A DNA stretch of 64,000 bases from Patescibacteria group bacterium (lineage in GTDB: Bacteria > Patescibacteriota > Patescibacteriia > Patescibacteriales > JAQTRU01): positions 3,686 through 67,685 of the forward strand of contig JAQUPG010000006.1 of the NCBI GenBank assembly GCA_028716725.1, written 5' to 3'. Position numbers and translations under genes: made by a program. The notes under the pieces are model-generated. The model worked only from the letters and a program-made list of their open reading frames with translations, searched no databases and was not told the DNA's origin. Positions 1 through 9,900 of the stretch are shown here, piece by piece. How positions within the stretch are numbered: position 1 is the first letter of the stretch; every line of letters starts with the position of its first letter.

Positions 1-110
1 CTAAAATCATAAGCTTCGCGGGAGTTTAGCTCACTTACTAATTTATTAGCCTCTTCTTTAACCTCTGTAAAAAAATCTTTATTTCTTAATTGTTCTTCGC
101 TAAATTTCAT
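1..110 (-). CDS. hypothetical protein, N-terminal part only (gene runs off window start)
   Basis: ATG at 110-108 on the minus strand, 18 nt after the stop of the 899-aa gene. Frame MKFSEEQLRNKDFFTEVKEEANKLVSELNSREAYDF stays open to nt 1. Too short for the ORF track. Confidence 0.3.
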   Translation of the reverse strand, partial: MKFSEEQLRNKDFFTEVKEEANKLVSELNSREAYDF

Positions 111-128
111 AAGTATTAGATAATATTT

Positions 129-2828
129 TTACGGTTTTTTATTAAATAGCTTCTCTGCCTTCCCTACGGCTTGCTCGGCAAGATAAATCTTTTCGCCATA
201 CTTTATTAAATTTTCAGCTACTGCCCCATAGGATGAATGGGTGGATTTTGAGGGGTCTTTAGGGTCGGTAAACACAACTTCATCATACCCCATATCTTTT
301 AATTTTTTTACCCATTTCCTTAAGCTTTCTTTATCTTCATAGATATTCATGGCCGCATTGGCATTAAATCTTCCTCGAGCAATTTCATTATTCACCTCGT
401 CAATCCACTCAACAAAATTCATTTTTCCTAGCTCATTTAAAACAAATTTCCTCTTGATTTTCAGCTCCCCGTCTTCATCCGTATATTCTTCCTGAAGTTC
501 ATCACCCCAGCCGATTCTATTAGTTCGCCTTATTGATCCTTCCGGATCGGTTTTTCTGAATTCTCCCCTAGCCCTCTTTTTTTGCGTTAAATGATCCCTT
601 TGGTAAAGCATGCCATTTTTTAAGCCAATAGTTTCCGTATAATTCCAATGCCCTTTATCCTTAGCGATCGTGCTTACTTCCCTTTGTAGGGCGTAAGCCT
701 GCTGTTCGCTCATACCTAATCCCTCAATAAAGGCCTGATCAATTAAAGTATTAAGTCCTTCCGCTCCCTGAGTCAAAAATCGTCCTTTTTTAAATTTTAT
801 CTTCCCGTCTTCACCCATTACATCTTTTGTGCTTCGCCAATTCTGTATCATCTCATTTAAATGATAAACGCTGGCGGCATGAGTAAGAATCGCCGCACCT
901 GTACCCTGGTCATCGCTGGCAATAGCATTTTTTAGCATAGCGAATAATTCTTCCTCATTATCATTATCTCCTAATTTCTTTTTGCCTTCCGAGATTAAAG
1001 CTTCCCTCGCCCGATCAGCATAAAAAGTTTGAACTGGCTGTAGCCGATCTAACTTTTTTTCTAAACCGAATATTTCCTCCTCCCTTTCCGCTTTTTCCTT
1101 TTTAGTTACTTTATTCTTTTCCATATCCTCTATCCTCAACCTGCCCTTTTTCAATTCCTCTCCTAATGCCTTCACTCTCACCATATCCCCGGCCTTGTAA
1201 GCTTCTTTTATTTGTCTTTTTATTCCCGTTGAGCGTCCTGCTTCTATACTGGTTTCGCTATCAATTTCTTCCTGCGTAAAACCCGCCCTCTTCTTCTTTG
1301 TTTCAATTTCATCAAGCAATCTCTTCCTTTTTTCCGGAGAACTGCTTACTATATCCTCCGCTCTTTGAAACCCTTTGGCCCATAAAAATCCATGAGCCAA
1401 AGAACTTGTCAAATCTTCCGACACTCCTAAACCTTTAACTAAGCCAAGCATCCCGCCTTTCTTTAAGCCCTCGCTTGAAGCCACCATCCCTTTGGCTTCA
1501 TCCTCTTCTCCTTTTGCTTTCAAGGCCCTGCCGATTCCTTCAATCATTTTTGTCGGCCTCGTTTCTAAACCATACAGAGTGCTGGCCAAACCGGCGCCAA
1601 ACTTACCAAAGCGTCCGCCTCGAGAATCCCATTCTACTCTCTTGGTTATATTGCCTTCCGCATCTTTCTCCTCTACTACTCTTCGATTAGCAAAAAGTCC
1701 GGAAACTGCGCCGGATTTTAATTTTAGCGCCGCCCAATTTCCGCCGGTTTTAAGGCCCCAGCCCGCGGCTTTAGCCCCGCCGTTAGCAGCTTTAGCTATA
1801 AATCCGCCCATCTGCTGAGCCACCATCAGCCCGCCGACTAAAAGGCCAATAACAATAATAAATTTTTGTAAATTATTCTGGCAAAAAAACGCTCCGATGC
1901 CAGCGCATAATTCATCGTTACCAACCATATACATTTTTTCAGAGCTTTTACTGGCCGTAGTAAGAGCCAACCAGATAAAAAAGGCCAAAGCCGGGCCGAT
2001 TACCAATTGCTTGGTAAAATCTTCCCAAATTTGCCCGGTATATTTTTGGAGAGGCGGAAAGGCAAAACCTAAAAAAACAAACGGGGATAAAATCGTATAA
2101 ATCCAAAGCATTATCACCCTCATTACTAAAACGGCTAGCATGGCCGCGATAACAATTACGGTAATAATTGCCGCTATTACGCCCATTATTACGGCTAAAG
2201 AAGTTGCCCAGGGCGTAATACCATAGGACTTTAAATTAGCTTCTAAAGCTTCGCTAGTTGAAAGACTATGCCATAAATCCACCCTGAACATATCCATAAA
2301 CCATCCTCCGCCCTCTTTAAAGCTGCTGGCAAAAGTTAGCATTATAACCTGGGAGAAATCTATTAAAAGTCCAAAAATGGTTTTTGAAAAATTTATCAGA
2401 ACCGCCATTATTAACAATTTCGGCAACATTTTTTTTAAACTATAATTTTCTACCCGCAAAATCGTGGCAAAGGAAATAATTAACAAAATTAAGATAAAAA
2501 ACATGTTGCATAAATCCCTAACCATTACCCAGCCATCAATAACCGTCGGCACATCAATAATGTGGTTAAATTGGGCTACCCCTATTAAAATTTGGACTAA
2601 AAGAGTTAAAACTAATCCCAAAACTGCTGTTAATATATAAGCTATAACCCCCAATACTAAGGCTAAAGTAGTGCCCAAACCTCCGACTGCCAATGTCCCA
2701 GCCCATTGACCAGCAGTTTGGGCAAATACTAATCTGACTTTATAGAAAAGGATAAAAATAAAACAAAACAAAACTATGGCTAAAATAGTTTTTCTTTCTT
2801 TTTTAATTTTACTTAAAAACTTTTTCAT
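129..2828 (-). CDS. TrbL/VirB6-like polytopic membrane protein with ~560-aa charged soluble C-terminal domain
   Basis: 899-aa ORF. The N-terminal ~340 aa hold a signal-like segment plus about 7 hydrophobic helices; the first are Gly/Ala-rich (AGQWAGTLAVGGLGTTLALVLGVIAYILTAVLGLVL), as I recall for TrbL/VirB6. The C-terminal half is K/E/R-rich with no Walker A. The family call is recollection, not a search. Confidence 0.5.
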   Translation of the reverse strand: MKKFLSKIKKERKTILAIVLFCFIFILFYKVRLVFAQTAGQWAGTLAVGGLGTTLALVLGVIAYILTAVLGLVLTLLVQILIGVAQFNHIIDVPTVIDGWVMVRDLCNMFFILILLIISFATILRVENYSLKKMLPKLLIMAVLINFSKTIFGLLIDFSQVIMLTFASSFKEGGGWFMDMFRVDLWHSLSTSEALEANLKSYGITPWATSLAVIMGVIAAIITVIVIAAMLAVLVMRVIMLWIYTILSPFVFLGFAFPPLQKYTGQIWEDFTKQLVIGPALAFFIWLALTTASKSSEKMYMVGNDELCAGIGAFFCQNNLQKFIIVIGLLVGGLMVAQQMGGFIAKAANGGAKAAGWGLKTGGNWAALKLKSGAVSGLFANRRVVEEKDAEGNITKRVEWDSRGGRFGKFGAGLASTLYGLETRPTKMIEGIGRALKAKGEEDEAKGMVASSEGLKKGGMLGLVKGLGVSEDLTSSLAHGFLWAKGFQRAEDIVSSSPEKRKRLLDEIETKKKRAGFTQEEIDSETSIEAGRSTGIKRQIKEAYKAGDMVRVKALGEELKKGRLRIEDMEKNKVTKKEKAEREEEIFGLEKKLDRLQPVQTFYADRAREALISEGKKKLGDNDNEEELFAMLKNAIASDDQGTGAAILTHAASVYHLNEMIQNWRSTKDVMGEDGKIKFKKGRFLTQGAEGLNTLIDQAFIEGLGMSEQQAYALQREVSTIAKDKGHWNYTETIGLKNGMLYQRDHLTQKKRARGEFRKTDPEGSIRRTNRIGWGDELQEEYTDEDGELKIKRKFVLNELGKMNFVEWIDEVNNEIARGRFNANAAMNIYEDKESLRKWVKKLKDMGYDEVVFTDPKDPSKSTHSSYGAVAENLIKYGEKIYLAEQAVGKAEKLFNKKP

Positions 2829-2832
2829 TTTT

Positions 2833-3843
2833 TTAGGCTCCCTTTAATAAATCAAATAAAGCCTTGGCTGCTCCCCAACTCAAGCCCGTCAAACCCCCGA
2901 CAACATCTAAAACATCTTTGGCTTTTTCTATTAAGTTCCCTCTCCTAAAATCAACAATCATAACAATTAGAGCTAACTCCGTGGCAATAATAGCTAAAAC
3001 AATCAAATCTAAAATTAACAACCCTATCACCTCAACGATTCCAAAAGCGGTGCCGCCTATATTTTTAGCGCTGCTCTCGCCGGCCACAATTTTCGGCATC
3101 CATTCTTCCCCCAACTTGCAAAAGAGATCGGGAAATACCCATCTTAAAAAAACGTGCATATTTATATAAATCAAGGTCAGACCAAAACTGTCAATTAAAT
3201 TCCCCCAAGCGGCTTTCAGCAACCGATTCGTTCCTTGCTTAACCGGGTCCATCACTTTCTTCTCTATTTCTTCCTTGGCCCTTCTCTTTAAATTCGCCTG
3301 CATTTTTAACCTATTAATCCTCTTCCCCCAACTCTCTTCGCCTTCTTGATCTTCTTCACCTTCCGGACTTTTTTTCGCTTCCCCTTCCTTTTCTCCGTCT
3401 TTTTCTTTATTCTTTTCTTCTTTATTTTCCTCTTCCTGCCCGGCCATTAACCGGCTATCTAAATCACCGGCCGCGCCCATTGGCTTGCCCCCGGCAGCTT
3501 TAGCGGAAGGGGGCTGTCCGCCGGCAAAAGCCGTTGGTCCGGCGCCAGACCCTCCTCTCCCCGACTGGCCAGGCCCGGAATTATCTCCACCGGCCTGGCT
3601 GCGGCGGCTAGCCGGGAGCGGCCTTTCCGGCCTAACTGGCCGGCCCAGATTATCTCTGCTCGACCCGTCTGCCGTTTTTCTGTCTCTCCCCATGCCGCCC
3701 ACTCCGCTGGCTAAACTCATTAAATCATCAAGTGAATTGTTTCCCCCATTTCTTCTCTCTTGTCGTAATTTACTAGCCGCTGAAGCTTCATCTTCTTGAT
3801 TATCCAATTTTCTTTTATCATCAATTGTGGCTGGCTCAGGCAT
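2833..3843 (-). CDS. membrane protein with long disordered G/P/S/E/K-rich N-terminal region and two C-terminal TM helices
   Basis: 336-aa ORF whose stop lies 4 nt before the VirB6-like start. Low-complexity N-terminal 180 aa. Hydrophobic segments LIDSFGLTLIYINMHVFL and FGIVEVIGLLILDLIVLAIIATELALIVMIV. Confidence 0.7.
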   Translation of the reverse strand: MPEPATIDDKRKLDNQEDEASAASKLRQERRNGGNNSLDDLMSLASGVGGMGRDRKTADGSSRDNLGRPVRPERPLPASRRSQAGGDNSGPGQSGRGGSGAGPTAFAGGQPPSAKAAGGKPMGAAGDLDSRLMAGQEEENKEEKNKEKDGEKEGEAKKSPEGEEDQEGEESWGKRINRLKMQANLKRRAKEEIEKKVMDPVKQGTNRLLKAAWGNLIDSFGLTLIYINMHVFLRWVFPDLFCKLGEEWMPKIVAGESSAKNIGGTAFGIVEVIGLLILDLIVLAIIATELALIVMIVDFRRGNLIEKAKDVLDVVGGLTGLSWGAAKALFDLLKGA

Positions 3844-3890
3844 AAAACTTAACTAAAGCTAGAATTATAAAATAAGATAGTTCGTTGCAT

Positions 3891-3912
3891 GTTATGCGTT
3901 ACGTGTTATGCG
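3891..3912. repeat. GTTATGC heptamer words in spacer
   Basis: gttatgc gttacgt gttatgc directly downstream of the giant gene stop. The same heptamer is arrayed at 31475-31509. Confidence 0.8.
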
Positions 3913-3917
3913 GCTAG

Positions 3918-6900
3918 TTACTTTTCCTTTACTTTTATCGTGCCGGAGAATGGCTCACTGTCGGTATAGCCCCAATTGTCTTTTATGGCCACTGTTGGCT
4001 GGATTAAACAATAGCCCGTATCTCCTTCGGCGCCGCAAGTTATGCTTGTGCCGGTTTTGCCTGCTTTATTCCTTAAATCCCAATAACTGTATAAATGATA
4101 AACCGAGTGCGGAGTTTTTTCGTCCGGCCGGTGGTTCATCTCCACTCCGGAAACAACCGTAGTCCCCCCATCGCCCCAATTAACTTCATATCTTACTAAT
4201 GGCAATTGATTAACATCAACTGCCGTATTAAAGGTTAAATTGGCAAAACCATTTTTAATAATCGTAGTTTCACCTGTCTCCACATTATTAACTTTTACGT
4301 GACCTATATTCGGATTTGAACCGTCAATCGGCGTCCAATTAGCAAACCCGCTGTCAGGAATATACCGGCCCGCGCCTTCGCAAGTGCCAATCTGGCACTC
4401 GCCCACGGAATCAGCCGTAGTACAATCCGTATTAGTGCTGCAAATTTTTGTTTTTGAGGGATCATTGCTGCATTGACTGCAGGGCTTAATTTCCGCTTCT
4501 AATCTTGAACATGGCTGCCCGCCATTCTGCCCGCCGACACAGGCATATAATCCGTCACCCGTGTTTTCTATACATTGAGGATCGCCGGTATCAAGCCCAC
4601 AGCATCTTTTCCCGTTATTTATTTTATAAACCTTCACACAAAAATCATCGGTTACAACACACCCATCTTTAATGCCATTCGTATCAGGAGCGCATTCGAT
4701 TCCCGGATTTTCACCCCCGATACATTTTTCCGAAAGACAAGTCCCCGGGCCAACATCCTTACATTTCCCAGAAAATGGCGTGCAATGGCCGGGATTCATT
4801 GGGCAATCAGCGCTTACAGTGCAATCTTGGCCGATCCTACTTCCCCCATCGCAATACCGCAGGCATGTGCCGCTGCCTGCCGAACAAGGACTATTATCAT
4901 AACAGCTTATGCTATTATCATTGGAACATACGCCTTGGGGACAGGAGAAATCGCCTTCACAACTGGAAGCGTTATGAATATCACAAGAATTGCCATCTAA
5001 ATCACCATTTACGCATCTATAGGTTTGGCATGGGGCATCCCGGTCATCGGCTTCCATATCACAAAAAACATTAATATTATCACATCTCCATATTGGACAA
5101 TCGCCATCAACAGAACAATTTTGTTCGTGTTTATTTGAATCACTACTGCATACCTTTTTACATATTCCACCGTAGCAACAATTAGTGCCAGAACCAGCGG
5201 TTGTTTTTACGGTTGAATTGCATTTGTATTCTCCGGTGAAATTGCAATCATCCGGAGTGCCAGTGCCTTCTATGTCGCAAGTGGCGCCACTATTTGAGCA
5301 TTTACCCCCTATGCAGAAACTAAGAGGAGCGCAACAAAGCGACCCGCTAGCTGTTCCGCCGCACGTATACGCATCTGCTTCTTCATTATATCGGCAGTTT
5401 TCCGCAGGGCAAACGGGATTTCCATCTAACGGCGGAAAGCATTCTTGACCCTCGTTTCCCGATTGGTCATCACAAGAATAAAATTTATCTCCGGTCTGGG
5501 CGCAATAACCGCCGCCGGTACAAGTCTGCTTCACGGTGCAGGCTTGCTCGTTTAAACTGCAGACTCCGTCGCTTAACCTATAACGACCATAACTTTGGGC
5601 AAAAAGTTTCTTCAATTCACCTTCATAATAAATATTCGGCGGGTTAGTATCTGCATCAATATATAACTGCCCCATCCTGGACGAATTTTTATCCTGACTA
5701 TAATAAAGCGGCTGGATGCCCTCGTCGTTTTTAGTGTCCCATTCATAGGGATTGGCGGCCGGTTCGGGGTAAACGATTGTACCAAACGGCGAAGCATCGC
5801 TGCTGTAATCCGCTTTATCAAAATAACCGGAAATGCCCTGATTAATATTAACGGTAAAACCGCTCTTTCCACCAGACAAAAGCGACTGGTAAACCTTGTT
5901 TTCCCCGGCCGCGGAAACCGTCTGGATGAACTCTTGACAAACCGGCGCGATATTGATAATTGCCCGGCAAACAATCGTTTTGTCCTTAACATCTGCGTCG
6001 CCCGCCCAAATTTTCTGAACCCCAGGATTGCGCGTGGAATCATCAACATAAGTCGGCTTTCCCCACTTCAAATTGTCTTGATAGCCATAATCGAGCTCAT
6101 TGATACCCTTACCGGTCTCGACCGACGGAATCTCCTGAGGACCGAAATAATACCCTTTATTTAGTGTGGTATTAGGAATTTCGGCGCAACTCCAGCCGTA
6201 TTTGTCATCAATTGAAGTAGGCATCGGTTCCATATAAGCGGAATTAGCGGCCTCGATTAAAGCTTCTACATAACCATCCCCCGCCGGCCTATTGTAAGCT
6301 TTTAAAACAACAACATGCTTGCCAGGCGCAAACTTTTTCGTTGTTACCCCCCGCCTATAATCTCTACTCGTCCCGCCGTGAACCAAATCGCCATTATCAC
6401 CATTTTCTTTAACGCCGTCAATATAAAGCCAGAATTGATCATCGGCTATCGCTTTATATTTTAACTCTATTCCATCGGTTAAGCCGGTGCAATAATACAA
6501 GGGAAATTTTCCTTTATAGCCGGCACCTTCTTCAATGCCTTCACCTTTGACTTTATCAACCGGATACCAAAGCAGACAGGAATCGGTTGAGCCAGGACGC
6601 CGGTCGTATTCCAAACAATAGCCGGTTAAGCCCTTTTGGGTTACTCCGGAATTATCCACATAGCTGCAGGACAATGAGTCTTCCTTCGGATAAAGCCGGC
6701 AAGATTGCGAGGAATAAGTATTTTGTTTTATTTCCAGAGCCGGTTTTATTTTTATATCATCAAAATAAGCTAACCCGCCGAAAGCGGATGAAGTAACAAT
6801 TAATTTACCCGAAATTAAACCGGAAAGATTATCTAATTTTTTCTCAACATAACCGTCGTTCCCCGGCCCGACAATTAACGACCACCTATCATCGGATGTT

Positions 6901-9900
6901 TTCAGGCCGACAGTCCCGCCCGATAAACTCATAGTATTAATATAGGCGCTAACAACGTAAACCTTTGATTCAAAATTAATTTCCTCGCTGGCGATTGAGG
7001 TTCCGGAACTCATCTTTAAAATATTTCTGCCTTCGGGCGGAGAAAATCCTAAGGCGGCTTTAGCTTCGGCCGCATCAGTTATTACCTTAAATTTACTTTC
7101 ATCCCAGATGCCGCCGCCGGCATTGCTCCAGCCGACCGGATAACCGTTGCCACCCGCCATCTCAAACCCGCCGTTAGATAAACTGATTATATCGCCGACC
7201 TGTTCCATCTCTCCCAGAGGATAATAATTATTGCCCAAATCCCCGCCCTCATAGCCGAACTTTGAATAGCCGGTTAAATTGCTGATGAGGTTGGGATCAT
7301 CGCCGTCTTTAAATATCTGCTCGGCTTTATCACCTGTAGAAGCAATAAAGTTGCCGCAATTGCCATTATCGTCAAAGCTATTGCAAAGCCCGATGTCAAA
7401 ACAAACATTATTGCCGTTTTTATCCTTAATATAACTACGGCAAGCCAGCCACTGGTCGCAGACTCTATTGGGCGAAACTTTTACCGGCGAACCGTTGGCA
7501 TTGTTTTCTCCGCTTAAGCTTTTCTGCGGTGAAACGCCGTTCTTATCGTCAATGGTCAGATTCGCATCAAAATTCAACCCGGCTAAACCACTCCCGCTAT
7601 TCTGAGTGCGCTCATTAAGCAAAATACATCCCTGCTCAAAATCAACCAGGCCTTTGCAGGTGGTCTTATCTAATTCCTGCTTTAACCTATATTCAACTAT
7701 GGCTTTTTTAAGATTTAACTCTCCTGTAATGGTGCAATCGTTCCGACCGGAAGAATTGTTAAAAAATATAACTAAACCATTGCCAGAAACAGCCACTGAA
7801 CTTGCGGGACTATCTAAGGTATTATCTTCTTTCAATAAACGTAAAGACTGACTAGAACAATTTTTTATCGAATTGGTTCCAGCTCCTATCCCTTTTAATA
7901 TATAAAGAGTAGACGGCTCAAGACTTACTTGATCCTTATCTTTATAACTAGCACCCGTGGCTGGTTTGCTTATCGGGTCAATATATTCGCTGCAGCCTCC
8001 TTGGGCTGCCGGGCAGGTTCCGGCCCAGCCGCCTTCCGGCTGATAAACAGTCTGGCCCTCCCCGCCATAACCAAAAGTTTTTAAATCACTAGCCGGGCAG
8101 GGAGTATCTTGAGTTTCCAGCTGGCAAGTTTTATAACATTTTTTATTAAGGCATAGGTTGCTGCTGCCACAATCTTCATTTTTAACGCAGGTAGTTGGAC
8201 TATCTACTAAACAATCTTGATTTTTTAAACAAATTTTTCCGTCGTTGTCGCCGCATCTTTTTACTTTTTTCTTATACCAGCCCCAGCCGGTTTCGCTAGC
8301 TCCGGCAATTTGGCGCCATTCGCAAACCATATCGCCCGGGTCCTTGAAGAAAGAATTGCCATTTCCTACTCCCCAGGCCTGGCAGCCTTCCCCTTCCTTA
8401 TCGCATAAAATCTCGTGGTATTTGTCCGGATTATTTTTCAGATAAACATCGCCGTAAACTATTTCCTCCCCATATCTATAGGGCGAGCCGAAACGGCTGC
8501 AGCCCTTTTCCGCCTTATTGCATTGCTTGGTTTTGTCATAAACCACGTAAGTAAGACTATCCGCGGCTATTGTCACGACCGGATCAGTGGCCGAAGCCGA
8601 AGTTCCGGCTTCACTGGAATTTTGAGTGTCAATCATTAATTCGCAGCCCACGGCCGACTCCTGGCATAACCCGCTGAAGTTATGGAGATAATGCGTATTT
8701 TTCGCCCTGTCCTTATACTGGCCGCAGCCCAGCATATAAAGAGGGAAAGCATTGCCGTTTATATCCTGGTTGCAGGAAGCGGGCGTTGTCCATGAATTTT
8801 TTATAAGGTAATAACGGTCGATTATTTCCGTTAATCTTATATCGTCAATAAAGAAATTCCCGTTAGCCGCTATCGTTAAGCTTTCATCGGCGCCGGCCTC
8901 ATGGTTAAGTTTGGCTAAATTGAATTTATATAATTTCCATTCGCTGGTTAAAGCATCGGTTAAAACAACTTCTTCTGTCCCATTGCTGCCAGCGAGACTG
9001 ATTGAGTTAAATTTAGTCGCCCCGTCCTCTTTGGCAATAAAGCTTAAAACATAAGACCTTCCTTTCTGGACAGAAGCACCAACGGTCTTAGCGGTGGAAT
9101 TGCCGGTTGTTCTTAAAGAGTTCCCGCCGACAGTTAAGGCCTCGCTGGCAATGCCGCCCGTCCAGTCCTGGGTATTGCCCGGAAAATCATTGTTCAAAAT
9201 AATTCTCATGTTGCTGCCGCGGTTGCCGCTATATTCCCGGCAACCGGATTGAAAGGCCCCGCAGCTTTTGCCTTCGCCCGGAATAGCCATATAAACGGTT
9301 GAGTCGTCAGTCCGGCGATAAGCATGGCAATTATCGCTGCAGGAAATTGTCCTGGTATATAAATGATAAGAAACTTCGCCAGCTTTATTATAAAATTGGC
9401 GGCAGTCCGGATTATAATTCGGGTCAGTAGCAGGCAGATTATATTTTGTGGCATCGCATTCCGAGCTGTCAGCTGAAGTTACTTTGGGGTCATCGCCCTC
9501 TTTTTGCAAGTTAAAAACCTTTAACTGATAACCGCTTTCATCGCTTCCTTCCCAGGTATAAAATTCGGCGCAGGTTGAATCCGGTTTTATACATTGCCTT
9601 AAATAAGTATAATATTCTTTGCCTTCCCCGCCCTTGGCCACTTCGTCTAAATTAGTAAATTCATCGCAGCCAACCGCGTCAGCACTGCAAGTTTTAGCTT
9701 CACCGGGGATAAGATATTCTACAAAACTGGAAGCAAAATTAGTTTCAGCCTGGACATAAGTGTCAAAGCCGTCGCATTCCTGCAGGCAATAATCGCTAAT
9801 CGTAGTTTTAGCCGGAATGCTTATGCCGTCCGCCACTCCCGTATAGGCCTCGCAGCCGACATCAGCCGGCCGGCAGGTGCCTACAAACTTATTGCAAAGG

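Noticed and set aside
7282-7310. CTGATGAG string, the hammerhead ribozyme core-like motif.
   Set aside because: It lies antisense inside the giant CDS. No matching GAAA core or flanking helices could be drawn. A similar string near 62868 fails for the same reason.
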